Below, piece by piece: positions 44,400 to 53,587 of a DNA stretch of 64,000 nt. Numbering within the stretch: position 1 is the first letter of the stretch; each line of letters starts with the position of its first letter. The stretch comes from Gemmatimonadaceae bacterium (GTDB lineage Bacteria > Gemmatimonadota > Gemmatimonadetes > Gemmatimonadales > Gemmatimonadaceae): assembly GCA_017881465.1 (NCBI GenBank), contig JADGQV010000002.1, forward strand, positions 6,257 to 70,256, read 5' to 3'. A program made the position numbers and the translations under genes. The notes beneath the pieces are model-generated. The model was not told where the DNA came from and did no database searches. It worked only from the letters and a program-made list of their open reading frames with translations.

Positions 44400-46097
44400 T
44401 TACCCTGCCGGACGTACCTTTGCGCGTTCTCTCGCCAGCATCCATTGCTGCGGAAGTGCCGCAATGTTTTGCGCCGTGTAGTAGAGGTTGAGGCCCGAAG
44501 CCATGTTGAGCAGCACCACCGTCATCATCACGGGAAACATGTAGCCCATCATCTTTGCCTGTGGATTTGGAGGAGCATTACGCATTCCAATCCAGGACAG
44601 CACATACATGGACGCACCCATGAGCAGGGGCAGAATGTAGAGCGGATCCTTGATTGAGATGTCGTGCAGCCACATGAACGGCACACCTCGGAACTCGATC
44701 GTATTCTGGAAAACAAAGAATAGCGCGAAGAGAATCGGCATTGGGAGGAGCGCCGGCAGACACCCGGTCAATCCAGCAAAAGGGCTCACTCCCGCGTCAT
44801 GATAGACTTTCATGATCGCTTCACGCTGCTGATTGGGATCCTTGTACTTCTTCTGGGCGGCCGCGAGTTTCGGTTGCAGCTCCTGCATCTTGAGGCTCGA
44901 ACGCATAGTGCTCTGATTGAGCGGCCATAGTGCGAGTCGCACCAGAATTCCCAGAATGACCAGCACCCATCCATATGTCAGATTGAGCCGATTGTGCATC
45001 CAGAGCAGGGCCTGGATAACCTTCGATGCAATCGGATGCACTACACTCTGAAGAAAGCGCCAGCCGTAGGGGTTTACGTGGTCGAAGTCCTGACCCATTC
45101 GCAGGAGGCGCTGTGACTCCTGCGGTCCTGCGTAGATCTCGAACGAAAAGCTGTCATTATGAATTTCTTCCACCACACTTGCCGATGCATTCGTCGCAAT
45201 TTTCGACGTCCGTGTCCCACCAGCCAGAGTTACCTCGCTGAACGGCGCGCCCTTGGGCGGTGCAAGAATTCCAAACACGAAGTATTTGTTCTTTATGGCG
45301 ACCCAGGCGAGTGGGCCGGCTTCCAGCGTTTTCTCCCCAGGATCCAGACTTCCAAAGAGGACGCTTCGCGCATGATCGCGCTGTGGCTTGAAGCTGTAGG
45401 CCAGACTCCGATGATCCCCGATCGTATCGGCCTCGGTTGGCTGCAACGTCTTGGGAAGCTCCGTAATCAGGTATGTCGATCCCTGTGCTCCCGTTACCCG
45501 GCCGGCGACACGAATCGCGTAGCTTGCAGCAGTGTCCTGGGAAATCGTATATGAAATCGAGACACTAAGCTTTTTTGCCGAGGCATTGTAGGTAAGAGTC
45601 TGGTCTCCCTTGGCATTCCTGACCTGAGTGAGCGCAAACGGCACCAGCGACAGATCTGCCGTATCCGTAGGCGTAACGAGCTGATAACTCAGAAGCGGGG
45701 AACCAGAAACTCCCAGATCAACCAGGCCGCCGTTTGTCGATTGGTTCTTGTAATCTCGAATCACAATCGATACTGGAGCCGCGCCGACGTTACTGAACCT
45801 GTAGATCGCTTTCGGAGTGGTGACCGCTGTCATTTCAGCAACTGGTCGCACCTGCGCATTGCCTGTTGCTGCTTCTCTTACTCGTCCTTGTGGACTCGCG
45901 GTTGCCGGAACTTGCGCCGCAGATGACTGCGTAGCTAGCGGCTGCGTTGAGGAGGCAGTGTTTTTCAGACCTGAGATGGAGTCCTTTCCGATCGCACTTT
46001 GGCTCGAAGGCGTCGGCTTGGTTGGTGGAAACAACAGCTGAGAAATCGCAATGACTATGAGCGAAAGAAAGAGAGCTAGAAAGAAACGCTTATCCAT
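44400..46097 (-). CDS. yidC: Membrane protein insertase YidC
   Basis: N-terminal TM segment, large periplasmic domain, C-terminal 60-kDa IMP core (GWVLVILGILVRLALWPL, MQELQPKL), and conserved position next to yidD and rnpA. Confidence 0.92.
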   Translation of the reverse strand: MDKRFFLALFLSLIVIAISQLLFPPTKPTPSSQSAIGKDSISGLKNTASSTQPLATQSSAAQVPATASPQGRVREAATGNAQVRPVAEMTAVTTPKAIYRFSNVGAAPVSIVIRDYKNQSTNGGLVDLGVSGSPLLSYQLVTPTDTADLSLVPFALTQVRNAKGDQTLTYNASAKKLSVSISYTISQDTAASYAIRVAGRVTGAQGSTYLITELPKTLQPTEADTIGDHRSLAYSFKPQRDHARSVLFGSLDPGEKTLEAGPLAWVAIKNKYFVFGILAPPKGAPFSEVTLAGGTRTSKIATNASASVVEEIHNDSFSFEIYAGPQESQRLLRMGQDFDHVNPYGWRFLQSVVHPIASKVIQALLWMHNRLNLTYGWVLVILGILVRLALWPLNQSTMRSSLKMQELQPKLAAAQKKYKDPNQQREAIMKVYHDAGVSPFAGLTGCLPALLPMPILFALFFVFQNTIEFRGVPFMWLHDISIKDPLYILPLLMGASMYVLSWIGMRNAPPNPQAKMMGYMFPVMMTVVLLNMASGLNLYYTAQNIAALPQQWMLARERAKVRPAG

Positions 46098-46307
46098 TCA
46101 GGGAACCGGGTCGTAACCGCCCGGCCGAAAGGGGTGACATCGGAGAATTCGACTCACACTGAGCCTCAGCCCTCTTATCACTCCATATCGCTCGAAGGCT
46201 TCGAGTGCGTAGGCCGAACATGTTGGATAGTAACGGCAGCTGGCCGGTAATAGCGGTGAAATGGCTAACTGATAGCCGCGAATCAGAACGATAAATAGGG
46301 ACCGCAT
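46098..46307 (-). CDS. yidD: Membrane protein insertion efficiency factor YidD
   Basis: [34 protein letters not shown]. Confidence 0.88.
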   Translation of the reverse strand: MRSLFIVLIRGYQLAISPLLPASCRYYPTCSAYALEAFERYGVIRGLRLSVSRILRCHPFRPGGYDPVP

Positions 46308-46309
46308 CG

Positions 46310-46669
46310 CTAGGGTGACATTCGCAACACCCACTCACCGATTGCACTTACATCACCGGCAAGCTGCGCAAAATTCGAATCATAAGCTTCAGCTTTCGCA
46401 CGAATTAAGACGTCGATCCCTTCCAGTCCAGGCAGCAACTTGATTCTTACAAGCTCGCGCAGACGACGTTTTACGCGGTTCCGTTCGACAATTTTGTGCC
46501 TGTGCTTCGGAACGACTACCCCAGCCCTCGGATGCAATAACAGGGAAACAGATGCCCGAGCTTCCAGACGCTCGGTTTGCATTCGCTTCCCTGTACGCCT
46601 TACTGCTTCCAGATCGACCTCGCTCGTTAGCCGGGAGCTGCGAGGAAAGCCGAATGTTCTAGGCGCCAG
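46310..46669 (-). CDS. rnpA: Ribonuclease P protein component (start unresolved: CTG 46669, or GTG 46738 / ATG 46774 inside rpmH)
   Basis: [16 protein letters not shown] aligns with E. coli C5 FPRELRLLTPSQFTFVF. RNR motif [14 protein letters not shown]. See the finding on the missing canonical start. Confidence 0.8.
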   Translation of the reverse strand: MAPRTFGFPRSSRLTSEVDLEAVRRTGKRMQTERLEARASVSLLLHPRAGVVVPKHRHKIVERNRVKRRLRELVRIKLLPGLEGIDVLIRAKAEAYDSNFAQLAGDVSAIGEWVLRMSP

Positions 46670-46823
46670 CGTATTTCGTCGGCAATTGAACGGTGAGCCG
46701 TTTGCGTCCCTTCTTGCGGCGGCGGCTAAGAACTTCACGTCCCCAACGGGTAGCCATCCGCAACCTGAAACCATGTGTGCGGATACGGCGCTTGTTGCGG
46801 GGACGGTAGGTGGGCTTGCCCAT
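46659..46823 (-). CDS. rpmH: 50S ribosomal protein L34 (54 aa, below the ORF-track cutoff)
   Basis: Hand translation gives [45 protein letters not shown]..., the canonical L34 sequence. Confidence 0.93.
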   Translation of the reverse strand: MGKPTYRPRNKRRIRTHGFRLRMATRWGREVLSRRRKKGRKRLTVQLPTKYAGA

Positions 46824-46935
46824 TACAATGCTCCAGAAACAAAAAAGAACAAGTGCAGCATAGAGCCGGTAAAACTATTCCAGCATTGAAGATAGTTCAA
46901 GTCAGATGACAGAGTTAACGTCTCGTTCGTTTGAC

Positions 46936-46944
46936 TTTTCCACA
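46936..46944 (+). promoter_or_regulatory. DnaA-box-like 9-mer TTTTCCACA in the rpmH-dnaA spacer
   Basis: One mismatch to TTATCCACA, 24 nt upstream of the dnaA ATG. Confidence 0.4.
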
Positions 46945-46967
46945 TAAACTGGGTAGGGTAGCGTGTC

Positions 46968-48398
46968 ATGTCGCTCAGCCCCGCAGAAGTTTGGAAACGC
47001 CTCCTCGATCGCGCCCGTCAGGAGCTCCCCGATCAAACCTTCCAAGCCTGGCTCGAGCCTACTGAAGCTCTCTCCATTGAAGGCAGTACCATTTTTGTAG
47101 GGGCTCCCGATCAGTTCACCGCTGACTGGAACGAATCCAAACATGCCGAACTACTGTCGAGCTACGCTCCTATTGTCCTTGGTTATCCACTGAGCGTTGC
47201 GTTCCGAGTCATCGAAGAGCGAAAAAAACGCTCTCAGATGGATTTTTTTGTCAGCCCACCACCCGCATCGGCAAAGCCACTTCCGGCACACAACGGGACC
47301 AGTTCACCGCCACTAAGTGAACGGTATACGTTCGATCTCTTCGTCATTGGGAAGTCAAATGAGCTCGCTGCTGCGGCCGCGCACGCTGTCAGTCAGGCAC
47401 CTGGAAAGGTCTACAACCCGCTCTTCATATATGGCGATACAGGTCTCGGAAAAACGCACCTGATGCAGGCGGTCGCGCATGAAACACTCCAGCGCAGCCC
47501 GAAGACCCGGATCACATACGTGGGGACTGAGCAGTTCATGAACGAGTTAATCGGCTCCATTCTAGATCGAACCGGACCTGAATTCCGGCGGCGATATAGA
47601 GAGACTGATCTACTCCTTATCGATGACGTACACTTCCTGAAGGGGAGAAAGGAAACGACCCAGGAAGAGTTCTTTCACACCTTCAACGCACTTTACGAAG
47701 CTGGCCGTCAAATTGTGCTCACGAGCGATCGGCCTCCATCAGAGATCGCGGGCCTCGAAGCAAGGTTGATCAGCAGGTTCCAGTGGGGAATGGTAGCCGA
47801 CATTGGACTGCCTGATTTCGAACACCGAGTCGCTATCCTGAAACAGAAGGCACAACTCGATCGGCTGGAACTCACCATTCCGGACGATGTCATTCATTTC
47901 ATTGCTGAGCATGTCCGATCAAATGTGAGAGAGCTCGAAGGATCGATTATCAAGCTTCTCGCCTACGCTTCCCTCAAGCACAAGGACATTACAGTCGATG
48001 TCGCACGCGAAGCTCTACGAGACAAGCTCCGTGCGATCGAAGGGCTCGAGCAGGAAGGAAGCACCTCCCTCACCATTCTCGCAATTCAACAAGCCGTCGC
48101 TAAGGAATGGGGCGTCACGGTGGACGGACTTCGCTCGAAGACCAGAACGAAAACGCTTACCACACCGCGACAGATAGCCATGTACCTAGCACGTCAGCTC
48201 CTCGCCACCCAGCTCGTTGAGATTGGAAACGCCTTTGGAGGACGTGACCACTCTACAGTGATTCACAGTCTCGAAAAAGTGCAGCAAACCATCATCCATG
48301 ATTCAGATCTGAAGTCCCGCATTAATCGCATTCGTAATTCGCTCGAAACTCTCAACTTCCGCCCCACCTCTCGTGTGGAAACCACCAGAGCTTCATAA
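46968..48398 (+). CDS. dnaA: Chromosomal replication initiator protein DnaA
   Basis: AAA+ Walker A GDTGLGKTHL, LLIDDVHFL, and the C-terminal DNA-binding domain with GGRDHSTVIHS. Confidence 0.97.
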   Translation: MSLSPAEVWKRLLDRARQELPDQTFQAWLEPTEALSIEGSTIFVGAPDQFTADWNESKHAELLSSYAPIVLGYPLSVAFRVIEERKKRSQMDFFVSPPPASAKPLPAHNGTSSPPLSERYTFDLFVIGKSNELAAAAAHAVSQAPGKVYNPLFIYGDTGLGKTHLMQAVAHETLQRSPKTRITYVGTEQFMNELIGSILDRTGPEFRRRYRETDLLLIDDVHFLKGRKETTQEEFFHTFNALYEAGRQIVLTSDRPPSEIAGLEARLISRFQWGMVADIGLPDFEHRVAILKQKAQLDRLELTIPDDVIHFIAEHVRSNVRELEGSIIKLLAYASLKHKDITVDVAREALRDKLRAIEGLEQEGSTSLTILAIQQAVAKEWGVTVDGLRSKTRTKTLTTPRQIAMYLARQLLATQLVEIGNAFGGRDHSTVIHSLEKVQQTIIHDSDLKSRINRIRNSLETLNFRPTSRVETTRAS

Positions 48399-48592
48399 GA
48401 TCGATGTCGACAAACTCTTACAACTCAGATTACCCACATCCGACCACACATCACCCAACGTAGCGGAAATCCTGCTGCTACCATAAGTTAGACCCACTCG
48501 ACAGAAGTCCACAAAACCTGCTACAGCTACTATTTTAAGTCTCTTATAAAAAGACTACTTAGTACATCACTTGAATTTCCACAGGGGAAGGG
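48399..48592. other. Candidate oriC (DnaA-box cluster plus AT-rich element) in the dnaA-dnaN spacer
   Basis: TTACCCACA at 48430-48438, a GTCCACA core at 48507-48513 and ATTTCCACA at 48575-48583, all in the same orientation. An AT-rich tract lies at about 48527-48580. Confidence 0.5.
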
Positions 48593-49705
48593 ATGCGCTT
48601 TACGATCTCTCGTGAAAAGCTTCAAGAAGGACTGGCTGCTGTAGCAGCAAGCATCCCGGCGAAAACAACACTGCCGGTATTGGCGAATATTCTTCTCGAG
48701 ACGACCGACAAGGGGATCAAGCTGTCAGGGACAGATCTCGATATTGCTGTTAGTACTGAAGTGATGGCTGACGTAGAAGTGGCAGGAGCGGTGACGGTGC
48801 CCGCGAAAAAACTAAGTGAAATTGCTCGGGAATTACCACCAGCTCCGGTTAAGATTGCTGCGGTTGGAGAGCAGCGTGTAACGCTGGATTGTGGACGCTC
48901 TCGGTTCAAACTACTGGGACTATCGAGAGATGAGTTTCCAACCTTTCCATCCGTGCGATTCAACGAGAGCTGGAGAATTCGGTCGGGTGATCTGCAGCAG
49001 CTGATTTCTCACACCTCGTTCGCGGTCTCTTCTGAAGAGAGTAGACCGATTTTGAATGGTGTTTTGTGGGAACTGAGGCCGGATAAAATGCGTATGGTGG
49101 CAACGAACGGTCATAGGTTGGCGAAGATGGAAATGCCGATCAATTCGGCTAATGCACCAGCCAGCGATCTCATCGTTCCTCCTAAAGCACTGGAACAGGT
49201 GAGAAGGCTCTTTCCCGCGGAGGAAGAGCTTGAGATTGCGCGGGGAGACAATCACATCGGTTTTAGATCGCCATTCACGGCGGTTTTTACAAGACTTATC
49301 GAAGGACCATACCCGAACTACGAACAGGTCATCCCGAAAGACAATGACCGAGTAGCAATTGCGGACAAAGTTGCTCTTGCAAGCGCTCTGAAGAGAATGT
49401 CTGTAATCGCTTCCGATCAGACGCATCGAATCCGGCTATCGTTTAACTCAGGTATGCTGAAATTCAGCGTGCAGACTCCAGATCTCGGCGAAGCTCAGGA
49501 TGAGCTTCCTATTCGTTACACTGGTGACCAGCTTGATATTGGCTTTAATGCTAGTTATCTCCTCGAAATTCTGCGTTATATCCCAACCGACGAAGTTCGT
49601 CTGACATTCAAGGCACCGGAACGTGCAGCAACGGTGGAGCCGGAAGGTTGGAAGGATCCGGCGTCGTATATGTGTCTGGTCATGCCACTTCGGCTCGTCG
49701 ACTAG
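48593..49705 (+). CDS. dnaN: DNA polymerase III beta sliding clamp
   Basis: MRFTISREKLQEGLAAVAASIPAKTTLPVLANILLE, three-domain length of 370 aa, and position after dnaA. Confidence 0.97.
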   Translation: MRFTISREKLQEGLAAVAASIPAKTTLPVLANILLETTDKGIKLSGTDLDIAVSTEVMADVEVAGAVTVPAKKLSEIARELPPAPVKIAAVGEQRVTLDCGRSRFKLLGLSRDEFPTFPSVRFNESWRIRSGDLQQLISHTSFAVSSEESRPILNGVLWELRPDKMRMVATNGHRLAKMEMPINSANAPASDLIVPPKALEQVRRLFPAEEELEIARGDNHIGFRSPFTAVFTRLIEGPYPNYEQVIPKDNDRVAIADKVALASALKRMSVIASDQTHRIRLSFNSGMLKFSVQTPDLGEAQDELPIRYTGDQLDIGFNASYLLEILRYIPTDEVRLTFKAPERAATVEPEGWKDPASYMCLVMPLRLVD

Positions 49706-50592
49706 CGCACGAAGCTGAAGTCTTGCTTCGAGCTTTGCTTGAAGCGATGGACCTTGCCTGACATCGTGATCGCCAAGTCGAGATCCTGTCCCGTATTGAG
49801 TTGTACAATGCGTCCGTCTTTTGGGCTCACGTAATAAACTGCATTTCCAGTCCCCCTCGCATCGAGTGTTAGCGGATGCTGTTGTTGGGCCCCCTCCCCG
49901 TGAGCCTGGATCGTATCGGTACGCTGCACCACGAGAACCAGATAGCCCTGGTATGTAGTTTCGCCTGATACGATGTACAGTCGGATAATGCGTGCCGTCG
50001 TTGGGATCATGCCCTGGCATGCCTTCAACTCTACGGAATCTCTCCAGCTGCTTCCCTGCGAAATATGAGCAGGGAAACGTATGAGCAGATTGTGGAGATC
50101 TGCTGAAAGTGCCGAACTGACAGGATTGCATTTTTCAGCGATGCTGTCGGTTGAGACTATCAGATTGTCGCCCACGAATATACCCGACAGATGTACAGGC
50201 AGCTGTACGAATTGTACCGGACTGATTGCACCTTGGGCTGTCGTTGAAAAAGTGTCGATAGCAGCGGCAAAATGAACCGTATCGCTGACTGGCTCGAGCG
50301 TGAGCAACTCGTGTGTAGTGTTCGTGGAAATTTCCTGGTGGGAGCCAGAATCTGATTGGCTCTCTATCGCCGCTTTTCTGGATATTTGGTAGGATATAGA
50401 GCCCGGCGCATAGTTGAAAGCCCATGAACTGGCTGCAGGAGATAGAGGCACTGGATTTGGTAACGAGGGTGATGGTGTCGGCCGCCCAGCCCGTGGTACC
50501 GTGGAGGCTGTACAGGCAGCCGTGAGGTAAACGAGGAAACACCAACTGCTGGCTCTTCGCTGCATCGTCTCGCTCTTTATAGGGCTTTTCAT
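49702..50592 (-). CDS. Hypothetical exported protein / possible lipoprotein
   Basis: N-terminal hydrophobic segment WCFLVYLTAAC, then a Pro/Ser-rich linker. No motif recognised. An alternative start lies at 50565. Confidence 0.55.
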   Translation of the reverse strand: MKSPIKSETMQRRASSWCFLVYLTAACTASTVPRAGRPTPSPSLPNPVPLSPAASSWAFNYAPGSISYQISRKAAIESQSDSGSHQEISTNTTHELLTLEPVSDTVHFAAAIDTFSTTAQGAISPVQFVQLPVHLSGIFVGDNLIVSTDSIAEKCNPVSSALSADLHNLLIRFPAHISQGSSWRDSVELKACQGMIPTTARIIRLYIVSGETTYQGYLVLVVQRTDTIQAHGEGAQQQHPLTLDARGTGNAVYYVSPKDGRIVQLNTGQDLDLAITMSGKVHRFKQSSKQDFSFVR

Positions 50593-50595
50593 TTA

Positions 50596-50637
50596 GAAAA
50601 ACAAACAACCTCCGACAGTACTTTGTCGGAGGTTGTT
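50596..50637 (-). terminator. Rho-independent terminator downstream of rnpB
   Basis: On the minus strand, AACAACCTCCGACA/TGTCGGAGGTTGTT is a perfect 14-bp stem with a 6-nt loop, followed by TGTTTTTC. Confidence 0.7.
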
Positions 50638-50640
50638 GCA

Positions 50641-51032
50641 TCATTGGCAAACGGTCTGTAAGCCGGGTTCTGTCGGGTTACTTGCGTAACCCGGACGATC
50701 ATTTCTCTACGAGCATGGTCACCCATACTCTCTAGCAGCCTACCCGCGGTGTCTTGATCGAGGTGGACGCCTCTCGCCGCATATTTGGCCTTGCTCCAAC
50801 TGGGGTTTGCCATGCCGCACATGTTGCCATGAGCGCGGTGGGCTCTTACCCCACCGTTTCACCCTTGCCACCAGTAAAGATGGCGGTCTGTTCTCTGTGG
50901 CACTTTCCGTCGCGAACGACTCTCGCTGTTCGCGCCCAGGCGTTACCTGGCAGCCTGTCCACCGGAGCCCGGACTTTCCTCGAATAGGTACCACATGGAT
51001 ACCAATGCGCGATCGTCCGACCGTTTACCTCC
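50641..51032 (-). ncRNA. rnpB: RNase P RNA, bacterial type A
   Basis: The minus strand contains GAGGAAAGTCCGGGCTCC...GCTGCCAGGTAACGCCTGGG...GGTGAAACGGTGGGGTAAGAGCCCACCGC...GCAAGGCCAAATA...GGGTAGGCTGCT...ACAGAACCCGGCTTA, which is near-identical to the universally conserved blocks of E. coli M1 RNA. The 5' GGTAAACGGTCGG pairs with the 3' CAGACCGTTTGCC to form P1. The ends are accurate to about 5 nt. Confidence 0.92.
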
Positions 51033-51162
51033 GTGAAATATAGCAGATTGACGAAAGAAGGCGGATCCTCGTTTCAGTCCACCAAGTGCATGACGAGCTT
51101 CTGACGGGTGCCTGTATTGTTCCGACTTGGCGCGGTCTTACCCGTTAACCGTGAGGATCTAT

Positions 51163-52065
51163 ATGCCTTCCGACTCGAAGCGTGGCACCCGTACTCCTGT
51201 CTCGACTATCCTTACCCCTCTTGAACGTTCGAGAGTGGATGCAGCAGCACAGGGATTATGTGATGCGCTCCACAGAGAATCGCTTGACGAAGTTCTTTCA
51301 GATCTGAGGCATCAGAAAGCAAGCCTGGTTCTGATCTCGGTTAGCCGGTATGGCTCACAGAACTCGAGTCGAGTCGCGGCAATGGTTCGCGAATTCCCGA
51401 GAGTGCCCACTGTAGCGTTGCTGACCGAGACGCAGAATTCCACTCCGCATACGACGCTTGCCCTGGGGCAACTCGGGATCCGAACGCTCGTTGATGCAAG
51501 AATGCCGGCTGGGTGGCAAACACTGAGGAATATTCTCGTGTCTCAAGGCTCGAGCGATCTGCAACGCTCGGCGCTGGCGCAGATCAGTCTTGATTTGCCC
51601 GGAATATCGAAAGACTGCTGGCGTTTCTTCGAGCTGCTTTTCGAATCGTCGCCGAAGATCTCAACCGTCCGGCAACTCGCGCGCCACCTCAATATTCTGC
51701 CGAGCACACTCATGAGTCGTTTCTTCCGTGCGAAATTACCGGCTCCGAAACGCTATTTGTCGCTTGCGAGACTCATACGGGCGGCGCGGCTTTTTGAGAA
51801 TCCAGGACTATCTGTCGCGCGGGTAGCGAATCATCTCGACTACTCGTCTCCTCAGAGCTTTGGCCGCCACGTACGTACGATTATGAGGATGTCGCCCGTG
51901 AAATTCAGGAGCGCGTACGATGGTCAGGGGATGCTTCAGCTATTCAGGACGGAGCTGATTCTTCCATATGTCGACGTCCTGTGCGCGTTCCGCCCCTCAG
52001 CGGCATATCCAGGCTGGATGCCGAAGACTCAGCCGGGTGAAGTTTCTAGCTCTCGAGAACTTTGA
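51163..52065 (+). CDS. AraC-family transcriptional regulator with N-terminal receiver-like (Asp-less) domain
   Basis: C-terminal HTH_18-like region (VRQLARHLNILPSTLMSRFFRA...VARVANHLDYSSPQSFGRHVRTIMRMSPVKFR). The ATG at 51163 follows GAGGA. Confidence 0.72.
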   Translation: MPSDSKRGTRTPVSTILTPLERSRVDAAAQGLCDALHRESLDEVLSDLRHQKASLVLISVSRYGSQNSSRVAAMVREFPRVPTVALLTETQNSTPHTTLALGQLGIRTLVDARMPAGWQTLRNILVSQGSSDLQRSALAQISLDLPGISKDCWRFFELLFESSPKISTVRQLARHLNILPSTLMSRFFRAKLPAPKRYLSLARLIRAARLFENPGLSVARVANHLDYSSPQSFGRHVRTIMRMSPVKFRSAYDGQGMLQLFRTELILPYVDVLCAFRPSAAYPGWMPKTQPGEVSSSREL

Positions 52066-52603
52066 TGATCTGGCTCGCCGAGACGAGGCTGATAACCGGA
52101 ACGCCAGCTGCTTCAATCGCCTGTCGCCCACCCTCTTCACGGTCGACCAGAGCGAGCACGCCCACTACGGTTCCGTTGGCGGCGCGTACGGCTTCAATGG
52201 CGCGAAGCGCTGATCCACCGGTAGTGATCACATCCTCTATCACAGCGACTCGATCACCTTCTTTGAAAGGACCCTCGATGGTTTTTCCTGTTCCATGAGA
52301 CTTTGCCTCCTTTCGCACGGTGAATGCTCGCAGAGGACGATCAGAATCGGCACTGGCGTAGCTGATAGCGTAAGAGATTGGGTCAGCGCCGAGGGTGAGA
52401 CCGCCTACCGCATCAATTTCCCATCCCGATTGCCGGAGGGAAAAAAGCGCCAATGGACCGATGACTGATAGACCCTCCGGACTCATCGTCGTCAATCTTG
52501 CGTCGATGTAATACTTTGACTGCTTGCCGGAAGCGAGTGTAAACTGACCTCGTTTAGCGGAGCGTTCGGCAAGCAGTGCGACGAGCACGGAGTGATCAGT
52601 CAT
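52046..52603 (-). CDS. pyrE: Orotate phosphoribosyltransferase
   Basis: GQFTLASGKQSKYYID and the PRPP motif VAVIEDVITTGGSA. Confidence 0.9.
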   Translation of the reverse strand: MTDHSVLVALLAERSAKRGQFTLASGKQSKYYIDARLTTMSPEGLSVIGPLALFSLRQSGWEIDAVGGLTLGADPISYAISYASADSDRPLRAFTVRKEAKSHGTGKTIEGPFKEGDRVAVIEDVITTGGSALRAIEAVRAANGTVVGVLALVDREEGGRQAIEAAGVPVISLVSASQIIKVLES

Positions 52604-52639
52604 GGTGCGGGAGGTTATGGATTCTTATGATTGGAGTCA

Positions 52640-53587
52640 ATGCATTTGCTTTCTCAGATCGGGTTCGATCACTGGACTGGTTTCGTCGGGTGGATCGTCT
52701 CCCTTGCAACCGTACTCGGTCTTGCTCTCGTTCTTCGTCACGAGCGGCGCCAGGCGCGTAGTCTGGTTGAACGGTCGAAGGAGCTCGAAAGACTTTCCTC
52801 TGAGCTACTGCGGGTAAACCGCATGAAGAGCGAGTTCCTGGCAAATGTGTCCCACGAACTCCGAACTCCGCTGAACGCCATTGTTGGCTTTGTCGACCTG
52901 TTGCGGGAAGGTGTGTATGGAGAGCTTGCTCCCCGGCAGGTAAAACCGGTTGAGCGCATAGAGGCCTCAGCCAATCATCTCCGGCATCTCGTTGATCAGA
53001 TCCTTGATCTTGCCAAGATGGCTGCTGGCCGACTCGAGATTCATACCGAAAATATTGACTTGCGCCCCTTTGTTCTCGATGTGGCGAGCGAGATAGAATC
53101 GCTGATGAGCGAGAAGGATCTGAGCCTGTCGCTCGTAATGGGTGCGGGTCTTCCGCGTATCAGAACCGACCCGACCCATTTGCGGCAGATACTTGTGAAT
53201 CTGCTGGGGAATGCGGTGAAGTACACGAACGAAGGTGGAATCATCATCCGCACTCATCTCGTCGATTCCCTCCCCGATAGCGGATCCGCTTCCGTCGACC
53301 GGAGCTCGTATCCGACGAATCCCTGGATTGGCATCCAGGTAATCGATACTGGAATCGGCATTGACCCTGCGGACCAGAGTCGGATCTTCGAGGAGTTTGA
53401 GCAAATAAACGCTGGCCCTCGAGGCAATTCCGCAGAGCGCGGCACGGGATTGGGACTTGCGATTTCTCGCCGTCTTGCTGCGTTGATCGGTGGAATGGTG
53501 GAGCTCGACAGCGAACTCGGAAAGGGCTCGACTTTTACACTTTGGCTACCGGTCGACCCTGACGATTTACCGGTTGCGTCTAAGTAA
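52640..53587 (+). CDS. Sensor histidine kinase (one TM segment, HisKA, HATPase_c)
   Basis: H-box FLANVSHELRTPLNAI, N-box LLGNAVKYT, and G-boxes DTGIGI and GTGLGLAISR. Confidence 0.85.
   Translation: MHLLSQIGFDHWTGFVGWIVSLATVLGLALVLRHERRQARSLVERSKELERLSSELLRVNRMKSEFLANVSHELRTPLNAIVGFVDLLREGVYGELAPRQVKPVERIEASANHLRHLVDQILDLAKMAAGRLEIHTENIDLRPFVLDVASEIESLMSEKDLSLSLVMGAGLPRIRTDPTHLRQILVNLLGNAVKYTNEGGIIIRTHLVDSLPDSGSASVDRSSYPTNPWIGIQVIDTGIGIDPADQSRIFEEFEQINAGPRGNSAERGTGLGLAISRRLAALIGGMVELDSELGKGSTFTLWLPVDPDDLPVASK

Noticed and set aside
46440-46889. 149-aa plus-strand ORF across rnpA and rpmH.
   Set aside because: It is antisense to two confidently identified genes, and its product is low-complexity and basic.
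50589-51043. Short ORFs (50589..50822, 50740..50994, 50754..50987, 50807..51043) in the gap after the lipoprotein-like gene.
   Set aside because: The region is fully explained by RNase P RNA on the minus strand.
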